Below, piece by piece: positions 36,426-49,674 of a stretch of 64,000 bases of DNA. The notes under the pieces are model-generated. The model was not told the origin of the DNA, did not search any database, and saw nothing but the letters and a program-made list of their open reading frames with translations. A program made the translations under genes and the position numbers. The stretch's first letter is position 1. Each line of letters starts with the position of its first letter. Source of the stretch: Eledone cirrhosa (Eukaryota); NCBI GenBank assembly GCA_964016885.1, contig OZ024741.1, positions 196,726,001 through 196,790,000 of the forward strand, read 5' to 3'.

Positions 36426-39400
36426 GAAAAAAGAACGAGATGTCGCATCTCAGAGTTGCCACACTTAATGTTGGCACTCTAACAGGTAGATCTGGTGAGA
36501 TAGAGATGCTGGAGAGAAGGCATGCGGATGTGTGCTGTGTGCAAGAGGTGAGATGGAGAGGTGCCTCTGCAAGACTAATCGCAGGCAAACATCGTAGTTA
36601 TAAGCTTTTCAGGGTGGGTAATGATGATGGGTTAGGTGGGGTGGGCATATTACTGGCTGAGAGATGGATCAATAAGACAATGGAGGTAGTTAGAGTTAGT
36701 GATAGAATAATTAAGCTTAGATTAGTTGTAGGCAAGAGACTACTGACAATCATCTCTGCCTATGCTCCCCAAGCAGGCCTAGGTAAAGAAGAGAAAGACT
36801 GCTTTTACGAGCAACATTTACAAACAGCCTCAATGACAGAGGACAGAGACATTGTTATGCTAGCAGGGGACGTCAATGGATATGTTGGACAGCTCCAGGA
36901 TGGATACACTGGGATACATGCTGGGCACGGTTACGGCTCAAGAAATGAAGGAGTGAGGCTTCTTGAATTTTGTGATGCAAATGCACTAACCATTTGCAAC
37001 ACTAACTTTCAGAAGCATACCAACCACCTAATAACCTACAAATCAGGTGAGCACATAAGCCAGATTGACTTCCTGCTAGTTAGACAGCGAGACATCAGAT
37101 GGTGTCAAATACTAAGGCATACCCTGGGGAAGAATGTACCCCACAGCATAGGTTAGTCATTAGTTACATCTCAGTAACCAAAAGACATACAGCAAGGTGT
37201 GGAAAAGGAAGGTCTGGAAGCTAAAAGACCTTTCATTAAAATATAAATTTAGCAAAGCGCTTCAAGACGTGTATGACGAAAAAGAAGACGATTTAGAGTT
37301 GTATGACATAGATAACTGGAATTTCTTGATTGACAACTTACGGCAGGCTACTGAAGAAACTTGTGGTTGGGGCAGAGCTTCAACCAGACAGTGACCTGGT
37401 GGTGGAACAGCACGGTAGATAGGGCCATTAGAGACAAAAGACTGGCATGGAAGGCTTGGAAAAAAAGGTGGGAGTAGGGAAGGATACACAGCCGCTAAGA
37501 GAGAAGCTAGACGTCGGGTGTACTTAGCACGCAGGGAGGCTGAGAGTAGGAGGTTTGCCTATGTTTTGCGCCGGGAAGATCAGAGACGTGTGGTGTTCCA
37601 CATTGCAAGGCAGTGTGTCAGTGCAAATCAGGATGTTGTTGGAGATAAACGTGTCCGGAATGATGCCGGTTTACTTAGTGTCATGAATGATAAAAAAAAG
37701 GAGGCCTGGAAATGTGACTATGAGAGACTGATGAATGTGGAGAACGAATGGGACAGAGAGAAATTACTCCCAGTACACCCAACAGAGGGACCAGCTATTG
37801 AGATTGACGAATATAGGGTACAAGAGGCAATTAAGGAAATGAAGAATGGTAAGGCTGCTGAACCGTCGGGGATAGTTGCTGAGATGTTGAAGGCATCAGG
37901 AGAAATAGGCACTAAACTGGTTGAATGCATCATCAATCAAGCTATATATGGTGGTGTCATACCCAAAGACTGGTGCAGCAGTATTCTCATGTATTGCTAC
38001 AAAGGTAAAGGCCATGCTCTAGAGAGGAGCAATTATAGGGGCTTAAAGCTGATGGATCAGGTTATGAAAGTGCAGAGAGAATATTAGCGCAACTGATTAG
38101 AGAAAGGGTCAAATTAGATGAGATGCAGTTTGGTTTTGTGCCCCGGAAAAGTACAACAGATGCCCTCTTCTTAGTGAGGCAACTACATGAGAAGTTCTTA
38201 GAGAAGAATAAACCACTATACTTAGCTTTTGTGAGAGTAGGCATGGAGTTTAGTGAGGAATTCCAGATACAAGTAGGTGTACATCAGGGTTCGGTCTTCA
38301 GCCCGCTCTGTCATCTGGTGGTCCCTAAGAAAACTAGGTGTTGAGGAATGGCTTGTGAGAACAGTGCAAACTTTGTACAGAGGTACTCTCAGTAAAGTCA
38401 AGGTAGGAATGGAGTTTAGTGAGGAATTCCAGTTAAAAGTAGGAGTACATCAAGGTTCGGTCCTCAGCCCGCTCTTGTTCATTATAGTCCTCCAAGCCAT
38501 AACAGAGGAGTTTAAGACTGGCTGTCCATGGGAACTTCTCTATGCTGACGATCTGGTTCTTATAGCAGAATCAGTAGAGGAGCTAGAGAATAAATTCTGG
38601 CTATGGAAACAGCAGTTGGAATCAAGAGGTCTGAGAGTGAACATAGCTAAGACAAAAGTGTTGATAAGTAGAAGAGAGGACAATACTCTGATTCCATCAG
38701 GGAAATGGCCATGTTCGATATGTAGGAAAGGAACTGGCATAAATTTCATAAAATGTATGCAATGAGATCTTGCATACACAAGAGATGTAGTGGGATAGCA
38801 GGCAAACTAACAGGTAGGGAAAACAAGATGTACAGGGAAAGTTGGCAGTAGTAATCGCGGTGATAGACCAATTTTTCCAATGCAGGTGAAGTGATCGATA
38901 GCTTCCGGTACCTAGGTGATCAGATTAGCATGGGAGGGGAGTGTTCTGAGGCCATAGTATCTAGAATAAGGACGGGTTGGAAGAAGTTTAGGGAGCTGCT
39001 TCCTCTATTGACAAAGAAGGGTTTCTCCCTGCGTACAAAAAGCCGGTTATATGATGCCTTTGTGAGATGCGCAATGCTGCATGGTAGTGAAACATGGGCA
39101 GCAACTGCAGAGGATATGTGACGGCTGGAGAGAAATGAAGCAAGTATGCTCCGTTGGATGTGCAATGTCAATGTGCGTGAACGACCAAGCATAGACGAGT
39201 TGAGAAAGAAACTGGGTATAAGAGGGATAAGTTGTGGTGTGCAGGAGAGAAGGCTGAGATGGTATGGACATGTGATGCGCATGGAGGATGACCGCTGGGT
39301 AAAGAAGTGCCAAGAAATCCCAGTAGAAAGAAGACCACAAAAAACATGGGCGGAGGTGGTGAGAGCAGACCTCAGATCGCTGAAACTCACCGAGGAGATG

Positions 39401-40654
39401 ACGAAGGACCGTGACAAGTGGAGAGATGCTGTGTTGAATAGGACCCGTCCAACCCTTGCAAGCAGGGAAAAGCGGTAAAATGATGATGATGATATATATG
39501 GTTTTGGGAAAGCAGGTACAATGCAAATTAGAAATATATGAGTAAAAACTAGAGTAATGTAAGAAAACCAAAACAGCAGTTTATACTTTCACCTTATATT
39601 TCATGATATTTTAGGGTTAGGACATATTTTTCAAAAGAAAGGAAATAGAGTGTGATGGTGATGATGAGCAGAGCTCTCTGCTTCCGCATTGGCTTTCGCA
39701 ATAACCATACTATTGATGGAGTTTTGTGAATTGATCAATCTCTTGTCCTGGGCTTGTACTTTATTTATCCATCCCAAAAGGATGAAGGTTTGGCCTCAAC
39801 AGCATTCAAACTGTGCAGAGAGCTGGAACAAATATTATAAGGCATTGTAGCTGATGCTGTAATGACTTCCAACCAATTTGTCACCTTGAATATATCTGTG
39901 CAATCAGACATGAGTGGTTGTGTTATACCTATATGGTGTCATCATCATCATCACTGTTTTCCATTTATTTTCCATGGGTTAGATGGGTTGTCATGTTCTG
40001 GGACTAGACAGATCAGATGACTGTGTCTCACTCATACGTTCCATTCTATAGTATAGTTTCTACAACCACTTGATATGTACTGAGTGTGTTTTAACATGAT
40101 ACCATGACAGCAGGTATTCGGTGGATTTTATTGTGGCACCAGCACTACCACTTTACAGTGTGGGCTGGGTGCATTTTATTGCGGCACCAGACAGTGTGGG
40201 ATGGGTACATTTTATTGAGGCACCAACACTACCACTTTACTGTATGGGCTGTAAATTTGTAGTGCTGTATATTTTTATAATTCAAACCACATCTGACTTG
40301 TCTGTATAAACCCTACAAACACTTGATCACTTTGACCCGAAAAGATTATAATAATCAATAAATTATTTTTGTTTTTTTTTAGATGTGCAAGTGAATACAT
40401 TACATGAAAATATACACATTAATGAATACCTGCATATTGCACATATATGCATATAATTCTGTATGCATTTCTGTAGCATTTTCTATTTATTTTTATCTTT
40501 TCTCCAATACATATGGACATATATACACTTACATGTAAATCCAGAATCATTATCTTCATAAAAATCTCCTCCATCACTAACTCTGTCACCACTATCATCA
40601 TCGTTTCTTTTATGAGATATTGTCTTAATGTATTTTTACTTTTTGCTATTTCAG

Positions 40655-40723
40655 TAAATATGGCTGGTAAGGGAAAAGTGACTATGAAAGACTTTGAATT
40701 ACTGAAGGTGCTTGGAACTGGAG
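40655..40723 (+). CDS. RPS6KA5: MSK1/2-like kinase exon (xNMAGKGKVTMKDFELLKVLGTG), start of N-terminal kinase domain
   Basis: tttcAG acceptor and GTGAG donor; FELLKVLGTG glycine-loop start typical of MSK; phase 1/1. Confidence 0.93.
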
Positions 40724-40856
40724 GTGAGATTTGCTATTTACTTCTTTCACACTCTGTTTTTGTTGTTATCTAACAAAATGAAATTTCTCTGAAGCAGGTG
40801 GGTATTTTCATTAGCTGCATAAAAAAACATTTTTATTAATATTTTGCATCTGTTTC

Positions 40857-41072
40857 AGGGTAGTGGATTTGCAGAATCGTTAGAGTATCAGACAAAATGT
40901 TTTACAGTATTTGTTACTGTTCTTTATATTCTGAGTTCAAATCATGCCAGAGTCAACTTTGTCTTTTATCCTTCCTGAGTCGATAAAATAAAGTACCAGT
41001 CAAGTACTGGAGTTGATTTAATCAACTTTGTCCTCCCACTAAATTTGCTGGCATTGTGTTTAAATTTGAAAT
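40857..41072 (+). mobile_element. Older tRNA-derived SINE (other old copies at ~1-150, 370-510, 6760-6900, 8900-9040, 12690-12830, 16040-16200, 19230-19380, 21380-21525, 59340-59500, 62055-62200)
   Basis: B-box GAGTTCAAATC plus GTCGATAAAATAAAGTACCAG core. Confidence 0.8.
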
Positions 41073-41249
41073 CAGTATTTATTCTCTATGTGCAAGACAT
41101 AGTCACCTGACCTAGGCATTGCCCACAACAGGACAACTTTTCTGACTCTTGCTAGCATAGAAAAATGGATGTAAAACGGTGATGATATTTACTGTGTGAC
41201 ATTTTGGTGTAGTGTTCCTTATATGCTACTTTGATCTTATTATTTAGTT

Positions 41250-43400
41250 GTATCTTAATGTCTGATGTATTACAAGGGTTGGATGGGTTCTCAGGTTCTC
41301 TCTAGTACAGCTTTCCCTCACATTTCTCTTCCCAGTGTCTTCTCTTTTGTGAGTTTCTGCATCCTGAGATCAGCTTTCACCACTTCTGTCCAAGTCTGAC
41401 TTGGTTTTCCTCATCCATAGATTCCTTTTACCTGGAGCTCCTGGCATTTCTGCACCCACTGATCGTCATTCATTCACATTATGTGTCTGTAATGCAATCT
41501 TCTTGCTTACACTACATCTTATTCTTTTTATACCAAGTTTTTCTCTTAACTCATCTGTGCCTTGTTCTGATGGATCATGCTTGATTTATTTATTTCCAGT
41601 CTTTACACATCCTCTACATTCAGTGGTCACATCCTACTACCATGTAATATTGTATTACATATGTAGGCATCATACAATCTACCTTTAATTTGGAGAGAGA
41701 ATTCCTTCGTTGCCAACAGAGATAGTAGTTCTCTTTTCAACCCTGTTGTTATTCTAGCTATTATGCTTTCTGAGTAACCACATCTACTGCTAATTAGATC
41801 ACCTAGCTATAAGAAACTAACAACTACCATGGAGTCTTCTTTACATTGGAAAGAGTTTATTTCACTGATGCTTTTACCTCTAACTACACCAATGCATCTG
41901 CCACATACAACAACTACCTTCTTTGTTTGTCTGTCTGCAATACTACTACACCCCTTGTTTACCCAAATTTTACATTGAGAATACTGTATGGAGTTCCTAC
42001 CTATTCCTTTCCTGCATATAGAACATGGCCATTTCTCTGATGGTGACAGGGTCTTACCCTGTTTCTTATTTAGTAAAACTTAAGTCTATGTTAAATTTAT
42101 TCTTGAGTCCTTTTGATTTTAAATTTTGTTTCCTTGTCTGGTATTTCTTCTAGATCTTTCATAAAATCAGCTATGAGAACTGGGTCATCAGTATATAGGA
42201 GTTCTTATGGAGAACCAGTCTTAAATTGTATCATACACCAGTGTTTTAAGGTCATTTTTCCTGGTAAAGCAAGGGCTAGCTATGTAAGCTCCATGACAAG
42301 CTTCTTCATTTTTCTCTATCATCTGCATCACATCTCACTGGACCCCCAGCTATCATTTTCTCCTCCCTTATCTTAGCCTTCTCCTTCCTCCACTTCTTTC
42401 CACATTCATTTTTATTACTTCTTTCACCCAGTCACTTTCATCCTTCCTCAACACATGACTCAACCATCTCATTCCATTTCTCTTCACAACATTGATCATT
42501 GGCTCTATTCCAATCATCCCCTGCAATTTATGTTTATCTACTTCTCTCTGAGTGATACTCCACTTATCCACCAGACCATTCTCATTTCTGTTATTTCCAG
42601 CCTTCTTTGCTGCTCCATGTTTATCAACCATATCTTGCTCCAATAAATCATAGCTCTTCTCAAACATAGAGCGTGTACCTTTTCCTTCAATTTCAGCAAC
42701 AATCCTCTCCTTGCTAGCACACCGCTCACTTCCTGGAACTTCCTCCAGGCACATCACACCCTAATTACTGTTGTGGAGTCTGATCCACTCTCTCCATACA
42801 ACATGTCTCCAAGGTAACAAACGTTTGTACACCTTTCATTTCCACACCATTCCCAAGATCCAATTCAACATCCTCTCCATCTGTAGCTCCCATATACACT
42901 TTACACTTAAATGTAGCTGCCACATTATTTAATAATCCTTTCACGCTACTACATTTTTGATGTACCCATACATTTGAGTTCATTCCAACATCTTTTCTGC
43001 ACATTGCACAAGGCCACCATCCTGTTATTTTCATCAACTTTATACCTTTTGCTTCCACACATTCCTTCCACCTATTCATCTTCTTCAGTCCATCCATACT
43101 CATTGGTATTAACACCAGATCTCCTATGTACCACAAGTCCCAAGGTAAACTCTCCATTACACTTCAGACCAATACCTCAATCACAATTAGTGGGCTTCAA
43201 TACTGATCCCTGATACACTCCAGCCTTCACTTCAGACTTGTCACTGTTTCTGTTCTTTGATCTTATAATTGTACATACTTTCTTATATGTTGTCATCACT
43301 ACTCTAAACAACCATTCCTTCAAGCCTAACTCTCTTGATGCACGTGGAATCCTATCAAAAGCTTTCTCCAAATCAACAAACACCCAAAACAATTTCTTCC
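41250..43400 (-). mobile_element. Two decayed RTE fragments, the second (42230-43400) a more divergent lineage
   Basis: [45 protein letters not shown] in broken frames. Confidence 0.8.
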
Positions 43401-44048
43401 TCTTCTCCCTGTACTTTTGTGCTTTTGCCTCATAATAAAACAATTCATTAAACTTTTTCATTAAAAAATATATAAATATGAAATATAAAAATAAACAGTT
43501 ATTGTTTGTATAGATTGTCATATATGATATATGATGAAGAATATCAGATGAGTCATCGCAGTTCCAGTTAAGTGCTATTTGGAATTACTGCCCTCCTAGA
43601 TCCCTCAAGACCATATCTTGCTTGCACTTTTGACATGGTTTATATGACTGGAGGTCCTTCTTTACACCAACCACCTTACAAAGCATACCAAGTTCACTTC
43701 ATTATGGCACTAGCATTAGATACATTTTTCTGTTGCTGGCAAGACTAGAGTCCTCTGTACTCAATGTTGACTTCATTTTTTTTTATTCACCAACACCAGA
43801 GAGTTGTCTCTCAAATTTGGCTAAAGAGAGTCTGTTCTCTTCTACTTTGTCACCATTTGTTCTTTGCTGATTGTAATGAGAGCTAGTGCAAAAGGTGATA
43901 AGGGGAAGATGGTGACAGAAAATAGAGTGAAGCAGTAATAGACAGCTGCATGCTAGTTTTGAAGCAGCCTGCTTGAGAGGCAAAAGAGTGATGAAAGAAA
44001 GCCAGAATGAGGAGTAAGAGAAGAGAACTAGACAGACTGGTACATAAT

Positions 44049-44227
44049 TGTTTCTATGTTTGGCACAAGGCCAGCAATTACTCAGTGCATTACTGGTACT
44101 TTATTTTATCGACCCCGTAAGGTTGAAAGGCAAAGTTAACCTCACCGGGATTTGAACTCAGAATGGCAAGGGCCGTAACCCTATGCGTCAAAGCATGGCG
44201 TCCGACCCTCTACCGATACTGCCAATC
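44049..44227 (-). mobile_element. SINE with 12-bp TSD CTGGTACATAAT
   Basis: TSD at 44037-44048 and 44228-44239. Confidence 0.92.
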
Positions 44228-44983
44228 CTGGTACATAATGATTATTGGTAAGGAAATTGAATAGAAACAGCATGCACTGCACAATGGAAGAGGGAGTAGA
44301 GGAAGTGAGAAAGTAATGGATAGCAAAGAAGAATGATGGTAAGAGAGTGGGAGTGATTGCTGCCAATAATGAGTGACAGGGGAGAGAATAGGGGTTGAGA
44401 GAGAGAGAGTGATAATATGCAATAAATAAGGTTGATGGTAATGGAGACAAGTGAATTTAGACAGAACCACTGTGCTGCGATCCCGTTATACAGGTGGCAT
44501 GATGGCTAAGAGTGCAGTAGTAAGGAGACACATTGATAGGGGAGATGTGAATGATAGATGAATGAGTAACAAGGTGAAGGGGAAAACAGTATCTTTCTAA
44601 TACATTGGTAAGAGAGATGTGAGTAATAGATGAAGGTGTCAGGAGAAAGAGAAAGCCATTTATCGAGAATTAACCCATTTCATTACTATTTTTCTAATGA
44701 AATTCAATACATTTGAATTAATTAATGAAGAAATGGCAGAGATTTACTAAAACTATTAATGAAGATGGTATTTGTAAGACAACAAAAGGTTTTTATATTA
44801 CATTATGTTGGAAGGTTTTAATTTAAATAGGAACCCTTTAAAATGGATGGTTTTGTTTCATAGAACCAAAGCTGGTTGTGGGCAGATTAGTATCAACTGG
44901 GTTAAGTAAAAACCCTTTAAAATGGGTGTTTTTTTTTATAGAACCAGAGGTGATTGTGAGCTGGTTAGAATCACAAGGGTTAT

Positions 44984-45142
44984 TAATGCATATATATATC
45001 TATTTGCATAGATATATGTGCATTATATAGTAATGCATATATATCTATTTGCATTGATATATATGCATTATATAGTAATGCATATATATCTATTTGCATT
45101 GATATATATGCATTATATAGTAATGCATATATATCTATTTGC
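44984..45142. repeat. 45-bp minisatellite, ~3.5 copies
   Basis: TAATGCATATATATCTATTTGCATTGATATATATGCATTATATAG repeated. Confidence 0.9.
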
Positions 45143-45435
45143 TGTTACAGTAAGGAGTCTGAAAGTAGGTGGCTGTCAAATGACTAATAAAGTGAGTGAT
45201 AGTAGAAGTAAAATGAAAATGAGTGGAAGGATGAGATATTTGCTACACTGACATAATTAATCTGTTAATTGAAGTGGGAGGTAGAGAAAGTAAAGCTTAC
45301 TGATGAACACATGAGATGGGATAGAGCTTCACAAGTAAAATGACACTAGTAAGAGAGATAGATAAAAAGACACTGTATTGCAACTTCAATATTATTAGTA
45401 GCATCATGGAAAAATTAGATGATAATGATGACTAA

Positions 45436-45738
<303 letters not shown>

Positions 45739-46292
45739 TAACTATGTAAAGGAAAAAAAAATGAATTTCCAGCTTTATTTAATCCCTTTGATGTCACCTT
45801 TCCTGAAACAACTCCTAGTTCCATGATACAAAACTGTTTCTTTCGTCATAATTTTGTGTGAAAGGTTTTTTTAGTTATACCTCAAACATCATCTTAAAAA
45901 AAAAGTAAGTTATTTTACTAAATCCCCTCCAAATTTTTTATTGTTTTCAAAATTAATTGAGATATAAGGTAGTATCTTTCATTAAAAGTTTGGTAATGAA
46001 GGTATTAATTAAGACATATAGGTAGTGTCTTTCATTAAAAATATGGTAATGAAGGGATTATTTTATATTTTCAGCAGTAAAATAAATTTCAGTTCAATTT
46101 TTAAGAATTAAAATGAAAATGTATATTATTAGTTTTGCCCATGTTTTGATTGAATGGTTTATTTCAGAATAAAGACATGTTCCAATAATTCCTGCAGATT
46201 TCTAAATAGGCAGAATTTAACAGCTTGTGTGAGAGAAAGAGAATGTGTGTGTGTGTAAGGGGAGAGAGGGAATGCATGTGTGAGTGTGTGTT

Positions 46293-48748
46293 CATCATCA
46301 TCATCATCATTGTTTAACGTCCATCTTCCACGCTTGCATGGGTTTGGACGGGAATTTTCCCACTTGAGGCAAGATTGGTTGTCTTGCTCGTATAGGACTG
46401 TCTGGCGGGTTTTCTACGGCTGGATGCCCTTCCCAACACCAACCAGGTTTACAGTGTGGACTGGGAGGTTTTTACCGTGTTACCTACATGGCCACATTAT
46501 AGCGTGGACTGTGTGTTTTTTTTTGTTGTGACACCTACACGACCTCATTTATTTTGGACTGGATGTTGAGGTACCAACATAACTTTACATTGAAAGGGGT
46601 GGTGTGGATGGGGTGGGGGTAGTGGGACGCGGGTGTATTTTTGTTAAGAGGTGCCTACTGACTGTAGGTTTCGCTTTGTACTTAGGCAAGGCGGGTCTTC
46701 TGTATTACTGTGTACCGCCAAAGATCTCGGTCCAGTGACATTGTCTTGGAGAGGTGTAAGTGTGTGAGGTCGGAATTTATCAAGTCGTCCTAGGTTTTTC
46801 TGGGTCTGCCTACTCCGTGGCTACCGTCTATTTTTATCGCCCTGCACTTTTTTATACAGCTGTCGTCTTTCATGCGCATCACATGACCATACCAACGTAG
46901 TCTTCTCTTGAGTAAACATCTGATCCCTCTTATTCCTAATTTCTCCCTTAGTTCATTTATGCTTTGCCGTTCACGTATATTACTATTACACATCCAACGG
47001 AGCATGCAAGCTTCGTTCCTCTCCAGTCTGCGTATATCCTCTGCACACAATGCCCAAGTCTCACTGCCATGTAACATTGCTGTTCGTATGCAGGCATCAT
47101 ACAGCCTGCCTTTCATTTTTAGAGACAAACCTTTAGCAGCCAATAGTGGTATAAGCTCTCTGAACTTTTTCCATCCCGTTATGACTCTAGCTACTGTACT
47201 TTCAGAGCACCCTCCACCACTGCTGATTTTGTCACCCAGATAACGGAAGGTGTCCACTATTTCTATAGAACCATCTGTGCAATGGAATGAGCTAGTATTT
47301 TGTGGGCACTTGCTGCTACTTATTGCACCTGAGCACCGGCTACATATAAAATCTATATTCTTAGTTAGCTTACCTGTGATCCCACATCTTTTATGCACCC
47401 ATACTTTGCATTTGGGACATAAAATAGAGTTTCTGCCTACTCCTTTCCTACACACTGAGCATGGCCATTTCCCAGATGGGACCAGTGCCCTATTTTCCTT
47501 CCTACAAACTAGAACTTTAGTCTTAGACAGGTTAATTTTAAGGCCTTTTGATTCTAGGCCATGCTTCCATGTTTGGAATTTCTTTAGTTCAGCCATCGAT
47601 TCAGCTATGAGAGTTAGATCATCTGCGTATAGAAGTTCCCATGGGCAGCTGGTCTTTAACTCCTCTGTTATAGCCTGAAGGGCAATAATAAATAGGAGGG
47701 GGCTAAGGACGGAGCCCTGATGAACACCAACTTTTACGCTAAACTCTTCACTATATTCATTGTTAATTCTAACCTTGCTGACTGTTTCTTTATACATGGC
47801 TTGTATAGCTCTCACAAGCCATTCATCAACACCTAGTTTTCTGAGAGCCCACCAGATAATGGGGCGTGGGACTCTGTCAAAGGCTTTCTCCAAGTCAATA
47901 AAAGCTAAGTATAGGGGTTTACTTTTAGCTAGGTACTTCTCCTTTAGTTGTCATACAATGAAAAGAGCGTCTGTGGTACTTTTACCTGACACAAACCCGA
48001 ATTGCATTTCATCTAGATCAATCAATTCGCTCTCTGATTAGTTGCGCTATTACTTTTTCTGTGACCTTCATGACCTGGTCAATTAATTTAATGCCTCTAT
48101 AGTTTCCTCTATCTAGTGCATCTCTTTTACACTTGTAGCAGTTAATGATGATGCTGTAACGCCAGTCATTTGGTATGACCCCATTCTGTATGACTTGGTT
48201 TACTATCCGGGTGACCATAGTGTGTCCCACCGTCCAGATGCTTTCAGCATTTCAGCAACTATTTCCGAAGGCCCAGCCGCCTTACCCGTCTTCATATCTT
48301 TGATCGCCTTACTTATTATACTACCTTCAACTTGCACTGCTGGTCCCTCTATTGGATCGATGTGGTGGAGACTGTCTTTCTCCCATTTATTCTCCTCATT
48401 TAGGAGCCTTTCGTAGTGACACTTCCAAACTACCTTCTTATCAGCGTCAGTGATGGCAAGTACACCATCATCATTAAGGACACACTTCTCCCCGACAATA
48501 TCACGGTTTTCCTTGACACATTGCCTAGCAATCCTGAACACCTCACGTTTTTGGTCCTCACGTTGTAGAACTTGCTTAAACTTTCTTTCCTCTGCTTCCC
48601 TTCTTGCGAAGTACACTTGTCTCCTAGCTTCCCTCCTAGCCACTTGATAGTCTTCTCTACTTCCCCCATCCCGCCATACTTTCCAAGCCTGCTTTTTGGC
48701 CTTGATTGACTCCTCCACCTTACTGTTCCACTCCTCCACCTTACTGTT
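46293..48748 (-). mobile_element. 5'-truncated RTE LINE (family B), antisense in kinase intron
   Basis: 367-aa RT ORF 46790-47893 ([31 protein letters not shown]); 3' UTR and tail match 1525-1880. Confidence 0.95.
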
Positions 48749-49558
48749 ATATAGTTTTATTCCAATACTTATATATACTCATATGTCACTCCTTTTTTCT
48801 TGAAAATGTGACCAGCAAAACCAGCATGTGACTTATCAACTGTATCTACAAGACCTCAAAGCATAAGCGTAGTGCTCCTATCATTTTTGGAGGTGCAGAT
48901 GTTCGTAATTTTCCAACAACAATTTTTTGGGTGTGTGGGGGAGGGGGGTGCAACTGCATCTCCACACACCCCAAGCAATACCCCACTGATTCAAAGTATA
49001 TGGTAATTGTAAATGTATGTAAAATAGAGGTGTGATTTATGCATGAGTACATGCATTAATTCTTGCTAATAAATTTAATTATAACAATGTGTTCAGATAA
49101 ATTAACCCTTTCATTGCCCAATTTTAAATGAAAAACACTGCCTGTGATTTTAAAATAACTTTGAAAATAAGAAATTAGATGGATTTAGTAATATAACTAA
49201 CTTTTTTATTATTAAGTTGGTATTTAGAGGATGGAGTTTTAGTAATATTGGTAGGGCAGCAAACAAAATGCTTTATAGTTTTTAATTATAAATTTCTACA
49301 CCCTGCCGAGGTTAACTTTTCCTTTCCCTTTCCCACCAAATTGTTGGTCTTGCATCAGTGTTAGACAGAATTATTAAGTTGGTATTTGGAGCATAACTTA
49401 ACAAATGTTTGTACCATAACATTATGATTGAACATTTTTAGATGAATATAAACTCAGGCGATTTGTATCAAAAGAGTTAAATATCTGGATAGAAAATTAT
49501 TCTATTAGAGCTAGATATTGATGTGTTTGTTGTATTTCATTGTATATTTGTTTTTCAG

Positions 49559-49674
49559 ATTATGTCAATGGCGGTGAAATGTTCACACATTTGTTCAATC
49601 GGGAGCATTTCTCTGAAGTTGAAGTCCAGATCTACATTGGAGAAATTGTTTTAGCACTGGAGACTTTACATAAG
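49559..49674 (+). CDS. RPS6KA5: MSK exon (DYVNGGEMFTHLFNREHFSEVEVQIYIGEIVLALETLHK)
   Basis: tttcAG/GTAAAA boundaries, 116 nt; phase 1 to phase 0, continuous with flanking exons; subdomains V-VIa. Confidence 0.96.

Larger units (their letters stand above)
35400..39493 (+). mobile_element. Near-full-length RTE LINE (family A), inactivated; 5' tandem arrays, APE-RT ORF in broken frames, (GAT)n tail
   Basis: ORF pieces 36272-39478: VATLNVGTL, DVCCVQE, ISAYAPQ, GDVNG, SQIDF; NYRGLKL, QFGF, QGSVLSPLLF, YADD, YLG, WYGHV; tail at 39481-39493. Confidence 0.95.

Noticed and set aside
35400-39493. Active autonomous RTE
   Set aside because: ORF broken by several stops and frameshifts, and the DLEKAFD motif is overwritten.
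40383-40460. Possible extra MSK exon after a poly-T AG (VQVNTLHENIH...)
   Set aside because: No phase-compatible GT donor before the in-frame stop.
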